DNA from: an uncultured bacterium
GTDB taxonomy: Bacteria > Patescibacteriota > Minisyncoccia > Phycocordibacterales > CAWITU01
Length of the DNA stretch: 64,000 bases
Direction: 5' to 3'
NCBI GenBank assembly: GCA_963839205.1
Contig: CAWITU010000002.1
Span: 212,627 to 276,626 of the forward strand
The first letter of the stretch is position 1, and every line of letters begins with the position of its first letter. The notes under the pieces were generated by a model. That model saw only the letters and a program-made list of their open reading frames with translations. It did no database searches and was not told the origin of the DNA. Below are positions 39,776 through 56,282 of the stretch, one piece after another. The translations under genes were made by a program, and so were the position numbers.

Positions 39776-40444
39776 GTGACGTTTCATATAATCACTTTAT
39801 TTCCAGAAAGTTTTAGCTCATATATAAGTGAGTCTATCTTGGCTCGTGCCCAAAGAGAGAAAAAGATAACAATCAAATTCTATAACCCGAGAGATTACGT
39901 CAAAGTCCCAAAATCACAAAAAGGGAAGGAGGCTCCGTATATTAGAATTGACGATAAACCGTATGGTGGTGGGCCGGGGATGGTGATGCAAGCAGAGCCA
40001 ATAATTAAAACTATTGATGCGGTACTCAAGAAAATAAAGGGAAAACATAAAGTAGTATTCTTCTCTCCATCCGGGAAACAATTTGATACCACAACTGCAA
40101 AAACATTTGTAAAAAAATATTACGATGTGGTTTTGATTTGTGGACGATATGAAGGTATTGATGCGAGAGTTAAAAAAATATTTAAGGCTGAAGAAATTTC
40201 GATCGGCCCTTTCGTTTTAACTGGTGGGGAATTACCAGCGATGATTGTTATTGATTGCATGTCCAGGCAAATTGAAGGAGTGCTCGGTAATTTCAATTCA
40301 CTAGAGGAAAGCAGAATTTCAAGCTCTGAAGTTTACACTCGCCCAGAGGTTTTGACCTATAAAGGAAAAAAATACCGCGTTCCCAAGGTCCTCCTTTCTG
40401 GAAATCATAAGAAGATTGAGGCCTGGAAACAGGGCTTAAAATAG
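39776..40444 (+). CDS. trmD: tRNA (guanine37-N1)-methyltransferase
   Basis: GTG start. FHIITLFPESF, DDKPYGGGPGMVM, ICGRYEGIDARV and SIGPFVLTGGELPAM. Confidence 0.95.
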   Translation: MTFHIITLFPESFSSYISESILARAQREKKITIKFYNPRDYVKVPKSQKGKEAPYIRIDDKPYGGGPGMVMQAEPIIKTIDAVLKKIKGKHKVVFFSPSGKQFDTTTAKTFVKKYYDVVLICGRYEGIDARVKKIFKAEEISIGPFVLTGGELPAMIVIDCMSRQIEGVLGNFNSLEESRISSSEVYTRPEVLTYKGKKYRVPKVLLSGNHKKIEAWKQGLK

Positions 40445-40471
40445 TTTATCCACAGTAGGCCCAAATAATGG

Positions 40472-40499
40472 TTGACAGATTTTTGGCCATGTGTATACT
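40472..40499 (+). promoter_or_regulatory. probable rpoB promoter
   Basis: TTGACA (40472-40477), 16 nt, TATACT (40494-40499), with TG at -15/-14. Confidence 0.5.
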
Positions 40500-40621
40500 A
40501 TTGACACTTCATAACTGATTGAGTCACGGCTGATTTTCGGACCGGAATAGAAAATTTTATAAGCCTTAAAAGAGAAAAAGGTCAGGTTCTCTTTTGCGTT
40601 ATTTTTAATATATTAAGCTAA

Positions 40622-47513
<6,892 letters not shown>

Positions 47514-47516
47514 ATT

Positions 47517-49247
47517 ATGTCCTCAAACACAGTTGAAAAAATTAAAGAAAGGCTAAATATCGTAGATACAGTCAGTTTCTACGTGAAGCTAGATAAGGCT
47601 GGCTCAAGCTATCGAGCCAAGTGTCCTTTCCATAACGAAAAAACCCCATCATTTTTTGTCTCACCTGATCGTGGAAGCTATTACTGTTTCGGTTGTGGGG
47701 TTAAGGGTGATATCTTTTCTTTCGTTCAAGAATTCGAGCGCGTGGATTTTCTAGGTGCTCTCAAGATCTTGGCGGAGAGGGCTGGGGTGCCGCTTGAGTA
47801 TTCGGCACCCCAAGACAAAGAAGCGGGCGGCAAAGAGCGGCTCTTTGCCGCCCTCGAAGGAGCCACAATCTTTTGGAATCAAGCACTTTCTAAAAATACT
47901 GAAGCAAAAAATTATTTGCTGAAGCGTGGTCTTAGTGAAAAAACAATTGCGGAATGGCGATTAGGTTTTGCGGAAGAGGGCTGGCATGGTCTTGAAAATC
48001 ATCTCAAAGCAAAAGGATTTTCTGATATTGAACTTGATAAGGCGGGGCTCATTAAGAAGGGGGATAAAGGTTACTATGATCGCTTTCGTGGGCGAGTAAT
48101 GTTTCCACTTTTTGATCCATCCGGAAGAGTCATTGCATTCTCTGGCCGAATTCTTAAAGACGGAGCAGAGGAAGCCAAATATATTAATAGTCCAGAAACA
48201 GAACTCTTTAGTAAATCAAAAGTTTTGTATGGGTATGATAGAGCTAAGCACGAGATCAGAAAGAAAGATTATTCAATCTTAGTTGAAGGTCAGATGGATT
48301 TAATTATGTGCCATCAGGAGGGCTTTAAGAATGCCGTTGCAACTTCCGGTACTGCTTTAACAATTTTGCATTTAGAAATCCTAAAGCGAATCTCTAAAAG
48401 AGTAATGGTTGTCTATGATGCCGATTCAGCTGGAATGAATGCGTCACTAAAAGCATGGAAAGAAGCACTAACTATTGGAATGGATGTTAAAATTGTATCT
48501 CTTCCAAAAGGTGACGATCCAGCGGAACTTCTCTTAAAAGATAAAGAAGTTTGGAGAGAAGCTCTAAAAAATTCAAAACATGTTATCGATTTTTATCTTG
48601 ATGGTTTAGTTGAAGAAGGATTAAAAGATAGAAAACTTGGCATGGCAGTTAAAGAAAGAGTCTTACCGTATGTGTTATCACTTGATAGTGATATAGAGCG
48701 AGCGCAATTTATATCCAAGATTGCCGTCTTACTCAAGGTCAAGGACGATATCATCTGGGAAGAATTATCAAAAGTAACCAATGATATAGAAGAGAAGAGA
48801 CCACAATATGTTGAAGAAAGTCGCTCGTTCGAAGCGAAGACTCGACTATCTGGAATTAAGCGACAGCTTATAGGCATTTTCCTCTGGCAGACAACAAAGG
48901 AAACACCAGAAATTGATGTTTCTGCCTTAAGAAATCAATTAACTCAATATATAGGGTTACCAGCTCTAACTAAAGTTTTTTCTAATGACTTTAAATTAAA
49001 GGACGAGCTTATTTTTGAAGCTGAAAGATATTACGAACAAAATAAAAAAATAACTGAAGATGTTGAGCAATTACTGCTTTATCTTCAGGAAGAGACGCTC
49101 AAGGATGAGAGGGATTCAATGACGATGAAATTGAGAGAAGCTGAAAGATCTGGGGATAAGTTGCTTCAAGCGAAGATAATTACAGACATCGGGGATATTT
49201 CAAAAAGGCTTCAACTTTTATATACTAATCAAACACATCATGGCTAA
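47517..49247 (+). CDS. dnaG: DNA primase
   Basis: Zinc ribbon [30 protein letters not shown], the RNA-polymerase core [22 protein letters not shown], and [23 protein letters not shown]. Confidence 0.95.
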   Translation: MSSNTVEKIKERLNIVDTVSFYVKLDKAGSSYRAKCPFHNEKTPSFFVSPDRGSYYCFGCGVKGDIFSFVQEFERVDFLGALKILAERAGVPLEYSAPQDKEAGGKERLFAALEGATIFWNQALSKNTEAKNYLLKRGLSEKTIAEWRLGFAEEGWHGLENHLKAKGFSDIELDKAGLIKKGDKGYYDRFRGRVMFPLFDPSGRVIAFSGRILKDGAEEAKYINSPETELFSKSKVLYGYDRAKHEIRKKDYSILVEGQMDLIMCHQEGFKNAVATSGTALTILHLEILKRISKRVMVVYDADSAGMNASLKAWKEALTIGMDVKIVSLPKGDDPAELLLKDKEVWREALKNSKHVIDFYLDGLVEEGLKDRKLGMAVKERVLPYVLSLDSDIERAQFISKIAVLLKVKDDIIWEELSKVTNDIEEKRPQYVEESRSFEAKTRLSGIKRQLIGIFLWQTTKETPEIDVSALRNQLTQYIGLPALTKVFSNDFKLKDELIFEAERYYEQNKKITEDVEQLLLYLQEETLKDERDSMTMKLREAERSGDKLLQAKIITDIGDISKRLQLLYTNQTHHG

Positions 49248-50448
49248 GAAACCAAAATCAAAACCAAAAACGAAAGCGAAATCAAAGACAAAGCCACGAA
49301 AGACTTCCATAAAAAAGAAGCCGGTTGTTAAAGCATCGTCAAAAAATATAAAACCAAATAAGAAACAAGCTGATCTTGATTCAAAGGCTGAAAAACTTTT
49401 GGTTAAGGGAAAGGAGCGTGGTTTCGTAACATATGATGAAATTTTGAAAGAATTTCCTAATGTTGAAAATGACGTTATTTTTCTGGACCATCTGTATGAA
49501 AAACTTTCTGTCGCTGGTGTTGATATTCTTGAAGGAGGAGGTCTATTAGACGTTGGTGCAGATCTAACTGCTGATCTTAAAAAATATTCCTACGGAAACA
49601 AATCTGCAGATTCAAGCTACGACTCAATTCAAATGTATTTGAAAGAGATTGGTCAGTATCCTTTGATTATGGCTAATCAAGAAAAAGATTTAGCGAAAAG
49701 AATTGAGGCAGGGGACAGTGAAGCCAGAAATCTTTTGGCTAAGGCCAACCTACGTCTTGTTGTTTCAATTGCTAAAAAATATGTTGGACGAAGTCCAGAC
49801 TTAACCCTGCTCGATCTTATCCAGGAGGGGAATATAGGGCTCTTTAAAGCAGTTGATAAGTTCGATTGGACAAAGGGTTATAAATTCTCAACCTATGCAA
49901 CCTGGTGGATTAGACAATCAATTACGAGAGCTTTGGCTGACCAGTCTAGAACAATTCGTGTACCAGTTCACATGGTTGAAACTATCGCCAAGTATAAGCA
50001 GGTTTATCGAAGACTTTCACAAGATTTGGGTAGAGATCCATTACCGGAAGAAATTGCGACTGAAATGGGTCTTGATGTTGATAAAATTTATACAATTGAA
50101 AAGATTGATCAAAGCACCGTTTCTCTTGATGCTCCTGTTGGAGACGATGGAGAAGACGGCAAATCAACCTATGGTGATTTTATTGCAGATGACAAAGTCC
50201 TTTCACCAGATCAGGAAGCATCACGCAGAATTTTGTCTGATCAGGTAAAAGAAATTCTAAATGACCTTTCAGAAAAGGAGCGCAGAATTCTAGAAATGAG
50301 ACATGGACTAGATGATGGTATTCAACATACACTTGAAGAAGTAGGAAAAAAATTCGGAGTTACTCGAGAACGTATTCGTCAGATTGAAGCCAAGGCTCAC
50401 GAAAAAATCCGCCAGCACGAAAAAGTGAATCGTTTGAGGAATTACTAA
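49240..50448 (+). CDS. rpoD: RNA polymerase sigma factor RpoD (Lys-rich N-terminus)
   Basis: Region 2 [40 protein letters not shown] and region 4 [22 protein letters not shown]. Overlaps the dnaG end by 8 nt. Confidence 0.95.
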   Translation: MAKKPKSKPKTKAKSKTKPRKTSIKKKPVVKASSKNIKPNKKQADLDSKAEKLLVKGKERGFVTYDEILKEFPNVENDVIFLDHLYEKLSVAGVDILEGGGLLDVGADLTADLKKYSYGNKSADSSYDSIQMYLKEIGQYPLIMANQEKDLAKRIEAGDSEARNLLAKANLRLVVSIAKKYVGRSPDLTLLDLIQEGNIGLFKAVDKFDWTKGYKFSTYATWWIRQSITRALADQSRTIRVPVHMVETIAKYKQVYRRLSQDLGRDPLPEEIATEMGLDVDKIYTIEKIDQSTVSLDAPVGDDGEDGKSTYGDFIADDKVLSPDQEASRRILSDQVKEILNDLSEKERRILEMRHGLDDGIQHTLEEVGKKFGVTRERIRQIEAKAHEKIRQHEKVNRLRNY

Positions 50449-50510
50449 AATTCTTTACTTTAGGGGGTAAATTTGTTAAAAGTATTGGGAAATCAACCAA
50501 GGAGTTCCTA

Positions 50511-50960
50511 ATGCTAGAATTGCCTTTTACCTTGTTAGTTATGTTTGTTTTAGTTTTCTTCCGCGTAATTGTTTGGCCACAAATAAGGCCATTAATTAAA
50601 GGATGGGCTCTTAATTGGGCAATAAAACGTGAACCAGGGCACCGGTACGAGCCGCTGTCAGGAAGCGCTACTGCTGCTGGAATTATTGCGGCTATTGGTA
50701 CTCGAATACCAGATTTAGATCAATATCCTCCAGAAATAATTATCGGGAAGCGTTTTGAGGTGGTGGCAGTTTTTAAGATTGAGAAAGGGAAATACTTGAA
50801 TTTTTTAGTCGAGGAAATTGACGGAAGATACATTGCGAGCTATCAAACCATTGAGGCGATGACGCTAGGTGAAGGGTCTTACATCGTTAATGTTAAGCAC
50901 GATGGTGCATTCCTCGAGGAGTATGTGCCGAAACCAGATGTTTTTCACGTTGAGTCATAA
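50511..50960 (+). CDS. hypothetical protein with N-terminal TM segment
   Basis: 149-aa ORF followed by a terminator. No recognisable motif. Confidence 0.45.
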   Translation: MLELPFTLLVMFVLVFFRVIVWPQIRPLIKGWALNWAIKREPGHRYEPLSGSATAAGIIAAIGTRIPDLDQYPPEIIIGKRFEVVAVFKIEKGKYLNFLVEEIDGRYIASYQTIEAMTLGEGSYIVNVKHDGAFLEEYVPKPDVFHVES

Positions 50961-50983
50961 TGGATGATTCTCAGATTAGGACA

Positions 50984-51013
50984 AAAGCCGCGCTACCCAA
51001 GCGCGGCTTTTTC
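50984..51013 (+). terminator. intrinsic terminator
   Basis: 10-bp stem aaagccgcgc / gcgcggcttt (50984-50993 / 51001-51010) plus a T-run. It lies inside the ORF-track extension of the helicase ORF, which argues for the 51045 start. Confidence 0.75.
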
Positions 51014-51044
51014 TCTGAGTCTTCTACTCTGGTATACTTTCTCC

Positions 51045-54000
51045 ATGGCTCAATTTCTATTTGATGAAAGATATAAAGCGCTAAACAAAAGCCAGAAGAA
51101 GGCAGTTGATACAATTGACGGACCGGTTCTTATTATTGCAGGTCCAGGTTCGGGAAAGACTGAAATTTTGTCACTAAGAGTTGGGCAGATTCTAAGAGAG
51201 ACCGATACAAGACCATCAAACATCTTGTGCCTTACTTTCACTGAATCTGCTTCAATAAACATGCGGGACAGGCTTGCTGGGCTAATTGGTGAAGAAGCAT
51301 ACAAGGTTTCAATACATACCTTCCACGATTTTGGAGTTTGGATAAAAAATAGATATTCTGAATTTTTCCATCTGGGAGCTGATTTTATTCCCGCAGACGA
51401 TCTGGCAACGGTTGATATTTTGGAAGATATTTTTGAAGACTTGCCAGCTTCTAATCCGCTAAGGTCATTTCATCCAGATCAAGGTTTTGTCTATTTGAGA
51501 GACGCCATTCGAGCCATAAGTGATATTAAAAAAGCTGGACTCACACCAATTGAGTTTAAAAAAATTATTGAAAAAAATAAGACAGATTTGGAAAGCGCTG
51601 AAAGCACGATTGCCGGCGCTTTCCCCAAAAGAATCAGCAAGAAGGATTTCGCCGAAATCGCGAAGGCGATTTCGGCTTTAACCAGTCTTCAAAAAAAGAA
51701 AGAGTCCGATTCATTTCCATCAATCATCTTCCAACCAATCCTTCCAACTTTAATATCTTCACTCACTACTGCACTTCAGGAAGCCGAGGATTCTGACACG
51801 ACTGCACCACTTTCTGATTGGAAAGAAGAATATTTATCATCAAAAGACGATGCAACAAAAACTTTTAGCGATTTGGCCAATATTCCTAAACTCCAATCAT
51901 TGGCTTCAATTTATGAACTTTATCAAGCGGAGCTTTATAAACGTGGTCTTTATGATTTTGACGACATGATCCTTGATGTGATTGAGGCCGCGGAAGAACA
52001 CCCTAAGCTCCGCTTTGAGCTCCAGGAGCAGTTTCAGTATGTTTTAGTGGATGAATTCCAGGATACCAACGATGCCCAGATGCGCCTTATTCGAATTATT
52101 TCTGACGCAAAAGTTAATGAAGGAAGACCAAATCTTATGGTGGTGGGGGATGATGACCAGGCAATTTATAAATTTCAAGGGGCTGAATTAAATCATATTT
52201 TAAATTTTCAGAAGCTCTACCCAGAAGTTCAGATTATTACCATGACGGAAAATTATAGGTCACATCAGGAAATTCTTGATTTGGCGTCTGTTGTAATTCG
52301 TAAAGGAAAAAACCGATTAGAAAACAAGATTCCAGAACTTGAAAAAAAATTAATTGCATCTAATACCAAACTTAAAAAAGGAAATGTTGTCAGAAGACAT
52401 TTTTCAACTAGTCTTCATCAGTACCATTTTGTCGCTAGTGAAATTAAAAAATTAATAACTGACGGATCACTGCCTGAATCAATCGCAATAATCAGTCGAA
52501 CTCATGATGAACTTGAGTCAATGGTTACCTATCTTAAATCAGAAAAGGTGCCAATTCGTTATGAAAGAGAACAAGACGTTTTTTTGGAGCCACATATTAG
52601 TGAACTCATTATTTTGAGTCGATTTATAGCTTCAATAAACAGGAAGGAAATTAATGAAGCTGATGAATATTTACCCCAGATATTAAGTTTTGCATTTTGG
52701 GGCATTTCTCGCGAATCAATTTGGAAAATATCACTTGAAGCCTCAAGAAAAAGAGGTACTGATGGTGATCACTATTATTTAAAAAATTGGCTGGAAGTCA
52801 TGCTCTCATCGGAAGACAAAAAAGTTAGAGACGTTGGAGAATTTCTTTTGAGCCTCGGAATAAGAGCTTCATCCGAACCACTTGAACATATTTTAGATTC
52901 AATGATTGGTTCACATGTCACGTTATTTGCAGAATCAGAAGATGATGATTCTGCTGAAACTACTTTGGACGGTCTAGGACAGATTGAGTTCAAAAGTCCT
53001 TTTAGAGATTATTATTTTAGTAAAGCTAAATTTGAACATGCTCGAACTGAGTACCTATCATTTCTTTCAAGCCTCAGAGTTTTTGTAAAAGCTTTAAGAC
53101 AATATAAGAATGGTGAGGCATTGCTCCTAAAAGATCTTGTTGAATTTGTTGATTTGCATGTTAACCATAAGATGAGATTGAATGATAAAAGTCCCTTTGC
53201 TAGTGCCACAAATGCCGTTTCATTACTCACTGCCCACAAAGCAAAAGGACTTGAATTTGAAACTGTTTTTATTTTGTCATGCCAGGACGATGTTTGGGCG
53301 GGTAGGAATAGAGGAACCAAAATTAAGTTCCCTGTAAACTTACCTATTAATCCAGCCTCTGACTCTCTAGATGACCAATTAAGGCTCTTCTACGTCGCTC
53401 TGACGCGCGCTAAGAGGAATTTATACCTATCTTCGTATGAAGTTAAGGATGATGGTAAAACTTCACCGGAACTTCGATTTCTTCTTTCGGATGTTATTTC
53501 AGTAGAGGAAGGTATCAATGAGATTGAACCAGATACATCTCGTTTACTTGAAGCTTCAGCAATGTCATTTGTTAGTGCTCCATATTTGGGAGAAGAAGAA
53601 GCGCTTTTAAAAATGTTTTTAGAGAATTATAAGCTCTCAGTAACTCATCTAAATAATTTTCTAAATGTTACAAAAGGCGGTCCTCAAATTTTCCTGGAAC
53701 AAAATCTGTTAAGATTTCCACAATCTAAAACTCCGTCAGGTGCTTTCGGAAGTGCAATTCACCACACACTGGATAAAGCTCTTCGAACTTATAAAACCAA
53801 GGGAAAAGCACCTTTACTCAAACAAGTATTGGATTGGTTTGAAAATTATTTGAGATATGAGAGATTGGCAAATTCTGACTTCAGACTATACATGACCAAA
53901 GGTGCTGATGCTCTAAGTCTATTTTACGAAACAAGAAAAGATGATTGGTCATCAACTGATATTTCTGAAGTTGATTTTTCAAATGAAGGAGTTCCTGTTG

Positions 54001-54419
54001 GTGGAGCAATACTTACCGGTAAAATTGATAGGATAACAATTGCCGGTGATGATATACAGGTTTTTGACTATAAAACAGGTAAGGCAAGAGATGTTTGGCA
54101 AGGCAGAGACGATAATGAAAAAGTAAAATTATATGGTTATGAGCGCCAACTTTTATTTTACAAAATATTGGTAGAGAATTCTAAGACTTGGGGAGGAAGA
54201 GGGAATGTTACAAGGGGTGTTCTTCAGTTCGTGGAGCCAATCAGAAAAGACACATTAGCCTTTCTTGACTTAGAAATGAATGAAGACAAAGTTGAGAGAA
54301 CGAAGACTTTGATTTCCAGTGTTAATAAAAAGATAATGAATCTTGATTTTCCTGATATTTCAAAATACTCGAAAGACTTAAAAGGAATTATCCAATTCGA
54401 AGAAGACATATTGAAGTAG
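51045..54419 (+). CDS. UvrD/PcrA-type superfamily-1 helicase fused to a C-terminal PD-(D/E)XK (RecB/AddB-like) nuclease
   Basis: The ATG at 51045 gives MAQFLFDERYKALNKSQKKAV..GPVLIIAGPGSGKTE (Walker A). Also VLVDEFQDTN, MVVGDDDQAIYKFQGA, TAHKAKGLEFETVF and YVALTRAKRNL. The C-terminal GKIDRITIAGDDIQVFDYKTGKA is a RecB-family nuclease motif. Confidence 0.85.
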   Translation: MAQFLFDERYKALNKSQKKAVDTIDGPVLIIAGPGSGKTEILSLRVGQILRETDTRPSNILCLTFTESASINMRDRLAGLIGEEAYKVSIHTFHDFGVWIKNRYSEFFHLGADFIPADDLATVDILEDIFEDLPASNPLRSFHPDQGFVYLRDAIRAISDIKKAGLTPIEFKKIIEKNKTDLESAESTIAGAFPKRISKKDFAEIAKAISALTSLQKKKESDSFPSIIFQPILPTLISSLTTALQEAEDSDTTAPLSDWKEEYLSSKDDATKTFSDLANIPKLQSLASIYELYQAELYKRGLYDFDDMILDVIEAAEEHPKLRFELQEQFQYVLVDEFQDTNDAQMRLIRIISDAKVNEGRPNLMVVGDDDQAIYKFQGAELNHILNFQKLYPEVQIITMTENYRSHQEILDLASVVIRKGKNRLENKIPELEKKLIASNTKLKKGNVVRRHFSTSLHQYHFVASEIKKLITDGSLPESIAIISRTHDELESMVTYLKSEKVPIRYEREQDVFLEPHISELIILSRFIASINRKEINEADEYLPQILSFAFWGISRESIWKISLEASRKRGTDGDHYYLKNWLEVMLSSEDKKVRDVGEFLLSLGIRASSEPLEHILDSMIGSHVTLFAESEDDDSAETTLDGLGQIEFKSPFRDYYFSKAKFEHARTEYLSFLSSLRVFVKALRQYKNGEALLLKDLVEFVDLHVNHKMRLNDKSPFASATNAVSLLTAHKAKGLEFETVFILSCQDDVWAGRNRGTKIKFPVNLPINPASDSLDDQLRLFYVALTRAKRNLYLSSYEVKDDGKTSPELRFLLSDVISVEEGINEIEPDTSRLLEASAMSFVSAPYLGEEEALLKMFLENYKLSVTHLNNFLNVTKGGPQIFLEQNLLRFPQSKTPSGAFGSAIHHTLDKALRTYKTKGKAPLLKQVLDWFENYLRYERLANSDFRLYMTKGADALSLFYETRKDDWSSTDISEVDFSNEGVPVGGAILTGKIDRITIAGDDIQVFDYKTGKARDVWQGRDDNEKVKLYGYERQLLFYKILVENSKTWGGRGNVTRGVLQFVEPIRKDTLAFLDLEMNEDKVERTKTLISSVNKKIMNLDFPDISKYSKDLKGIIQFEEDILK

Positions 54420-54423
54420 TGAA

Positions 54424-55158
54424 CTATTTATTTTGAGCTAAGAGAGAATCTATGACTGACTTGAGTTCGGTATAAGGGATAGCGCCATTGATTGGATATA
54501 GACCACTTTTTGCAACAATAATTATGTAAGGTGTGCCCTGTCCTCCAGCCGCTTCAGCATCTTGAGTTTCTTGGGCGACTAAGCTTGCATATTTACCGCT
54601 AGCAAGACAGGCTTGGAATTTTGTCTGATTAACACCCAGTGCAACAGCTTCGGTTGTAAGATATGCGGGATCAAGATTGTTATCAGCTTTTGTATGACTA
54701 AAGATGGCGTCTAAATATGTCCAGAACGTGTTGTTACCCGCTAATTCATTTACACATTCTGTCGCCTCTGCTTCGTAGGGTGCTTTTGAATGAATTGTGA
54801 AGTGTCTATAAACCCAATTTACCTGGCCATTGTAATTAGTAATGATCTGGTGAAGAATCGGCATCATTGCTTGGCAATAAGGACATTCGGTATCGCTGTA
54901 TTCAACAATAGAAATTTTAGCCTCAGGGTTTCCAAAAATATGATCAGCTGAAGTGATTGGCTTAATAGTAACCTGGGTACTCGTTGCGGTGGCTGGTCCT
55001 GCAGAAACAGGGGCTCCTTTGTTTGTTAAATAAACTGCTCCAGCAATCAAGGCTCCTGCAATAATTATAGATAGGGGAATTGCCCATTGATTAAGAGGAC
55101 TAGTAATAGGAGCTGGGGTTTCTTTTAAAATTTCTATTGGTGTTTCGTTGTTTTCCAT
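54424..55158 (-). CDS. membrane-anchored DsbA-family thiol:disulfide oxidoreductase
   Basis: N-terminal TM plus a thioredoxin-fold CPYC active site (YSDTECPYCQAM). Confidence 0.8.
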   Translation of the reverse strand: MENNETPIEILKETPAPITSPLNQWAIPLSIIIAGALIAGAVYLTNKGAPVSAGPATATSTQVTIKPITSADHIFGNPEAKISIVEYSDTECPYCQAMMPILHQIITNYNGQVNWVYRHFTIHSKAPYEAEATECVNELAGNNTFWTYLDAIFSHTKADNNLDPAYLTTEAVALGVNQTKFQACLASGKYASLVAQETQDAEAAGGQGTPYIIIVAKSGLYPINGAIPYTELKSVIDSLLAQNK

Positions 55159-55181
55159 GCGACTAATTATAACGGGCAGAT

Positions 55182-55757
55182 TTAAAAGGGCAAGGTAAAA
55201 TTAATTGATTGTTCATTTTTTACTTCCCAGTCCGAGGTATTAATAGGGAATTCTGCCAATTTCCCATCCTCTTTATACTTTAATTTATTTTTTGCGATTG
55301 CGTATTCGTAAATTTCCTTCGTTATTTTAACGTCCTCAAGACAATATTTGCGAATCATATCTATCTTTCCTTCTTTCCACCACGCCACGGCTTCCAATCC
55401 GTTTGCAATTTTATTTTTGCCTAGAGTTCCTTCGGCGATTTTGTTTAAACCAATTCGTCTGTTTAAAACTTTCCTAATTTCTTTCATGATATCCAAACTT
55501 TTAATTTTAGTTAGATCACCATGGTAGTACTTATTCAAAAGGGGAATATCAAAATGGTCGGAGTTGAAACCGATGAGCATATCTGTCTTTTCAATAATTG
55601 GCCAAAGTTTAGGTAACTCTTCTTCGGTATAGGTTGAATAATTGTCAGTCTCGTAATCGTAGACGCCAACAATTGAAATATCTAGAAGAACTGGATCAGC
55701 TCGTCCTACGTCATCAAACACATTTTTAGTTTCAATATCAAATACCAGTTTCTTCAT
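55182..55757 (-). CDS. RNase H-fold 3'-5' exonuclease domain protein (PolB-exo/YprB-like)
   Basis: 191 aa. The FDIET (Exo I D-x-E), GFNSDHFDIPLL (Exo II) and YCLEDV (Exo III) pattern. Confidence 0.6.
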   Translation of the reverse strand: MKKLVFDIETKNVFDDVGRADPVLLDISIVGVYDYETDNYSTYTEEELPKLWPIIEKTDMLIGFNSDHFDIPLLNKYYHGDLTKIKSLDIMKEIRKVLNRRIGLNKIAEGTLGKNKIANGLEAVAWWKEGKIDMIRKYCLEDVKITKEIYEYAIAKNKLKYKEDGKLAEFPINTSDWEVKNEQSINFTLPF

Positions 55758-55821
55758 TTGTGGCTAATTTCTTAAATAATATCTGCCTATTTTATCAAAG
55801 AAGATTATATTAACAATGTAG

Positions 55822-55850
55822 TTGATTTATTCCTCTATCTATGCTATGAT
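55822..55850 (+). promoter_or_regulatory. probable promoter of the RRM-protein gene
   Basis: TTGATT (55822-55827), 17 nt, TATGAT (55845-55850). This leaves a 5' leader of about 95 nt. Confidence 0.5.
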
Positions 55851-55951
55851 ACTCAAGTCGTTTGGTCTCTCGCTAGGTCATGTTTTTCGAAAGGATTACG
55901 CACCAAAGAGAGTGGGTCGCAAGCGAATTTAGAAGTAATTCTTAGATACAC

Positions 55952-56221
55952 ATGGCAAAAAAATTGTATGTAGGAAACTTGTCTTGGGGTGCTACATCAG
56001 ATAGCCTCAAAACAACTTTCTCACAGGCTGGCACTGTCGTTTCTGCGAATGTCATCACTGACAAAATGACCGGACGCTCACGCGGATTCGGTTTCGTAGA
56101 AATGGAAGATGCTGATGCTTCTGCTGCTATTGATATGTTCAATGGCAAAGAAATTGACGGAAGAAAACTTACCGTTAATGAAGCAAAGCCGATGGCCGAA
56201 AGACCACCTCGCAGATTCTAA
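55952..56221 (+). CDS. RRM-type (RNP-1/RNP-2) RNA-binding protein
   Basis: RNP-2 LYVGNL and RNP-1 RGFGFVEM; 89 aa. Confidence 0.9.
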   Translation: MAKKLYVGNLSWGATSDSLKTTFSQAGTVVSANVITDKMTGRSRGFGFVEMEDADASAAIDMFNGKEIDGRKLTVNEAKPMAERPPRRF

Positions 56222-56233
56222 TTCTGTAAAAAT

Positions 56234-56268
56234 AAAAGCCCTCGTCACAAGCGAGGGTTTTTATTTTG
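56234..56268. terminator. bidirectional terminator between the RRM gene and rnr
   Basis: Stem ccctcg / cgaggg (56239-56244 / 56252-56257) flanked by an A-run upstream and a T-run downstream. Confidence 0.65.
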
Positions 56269-56282
56269 TTAGATATTATTGT

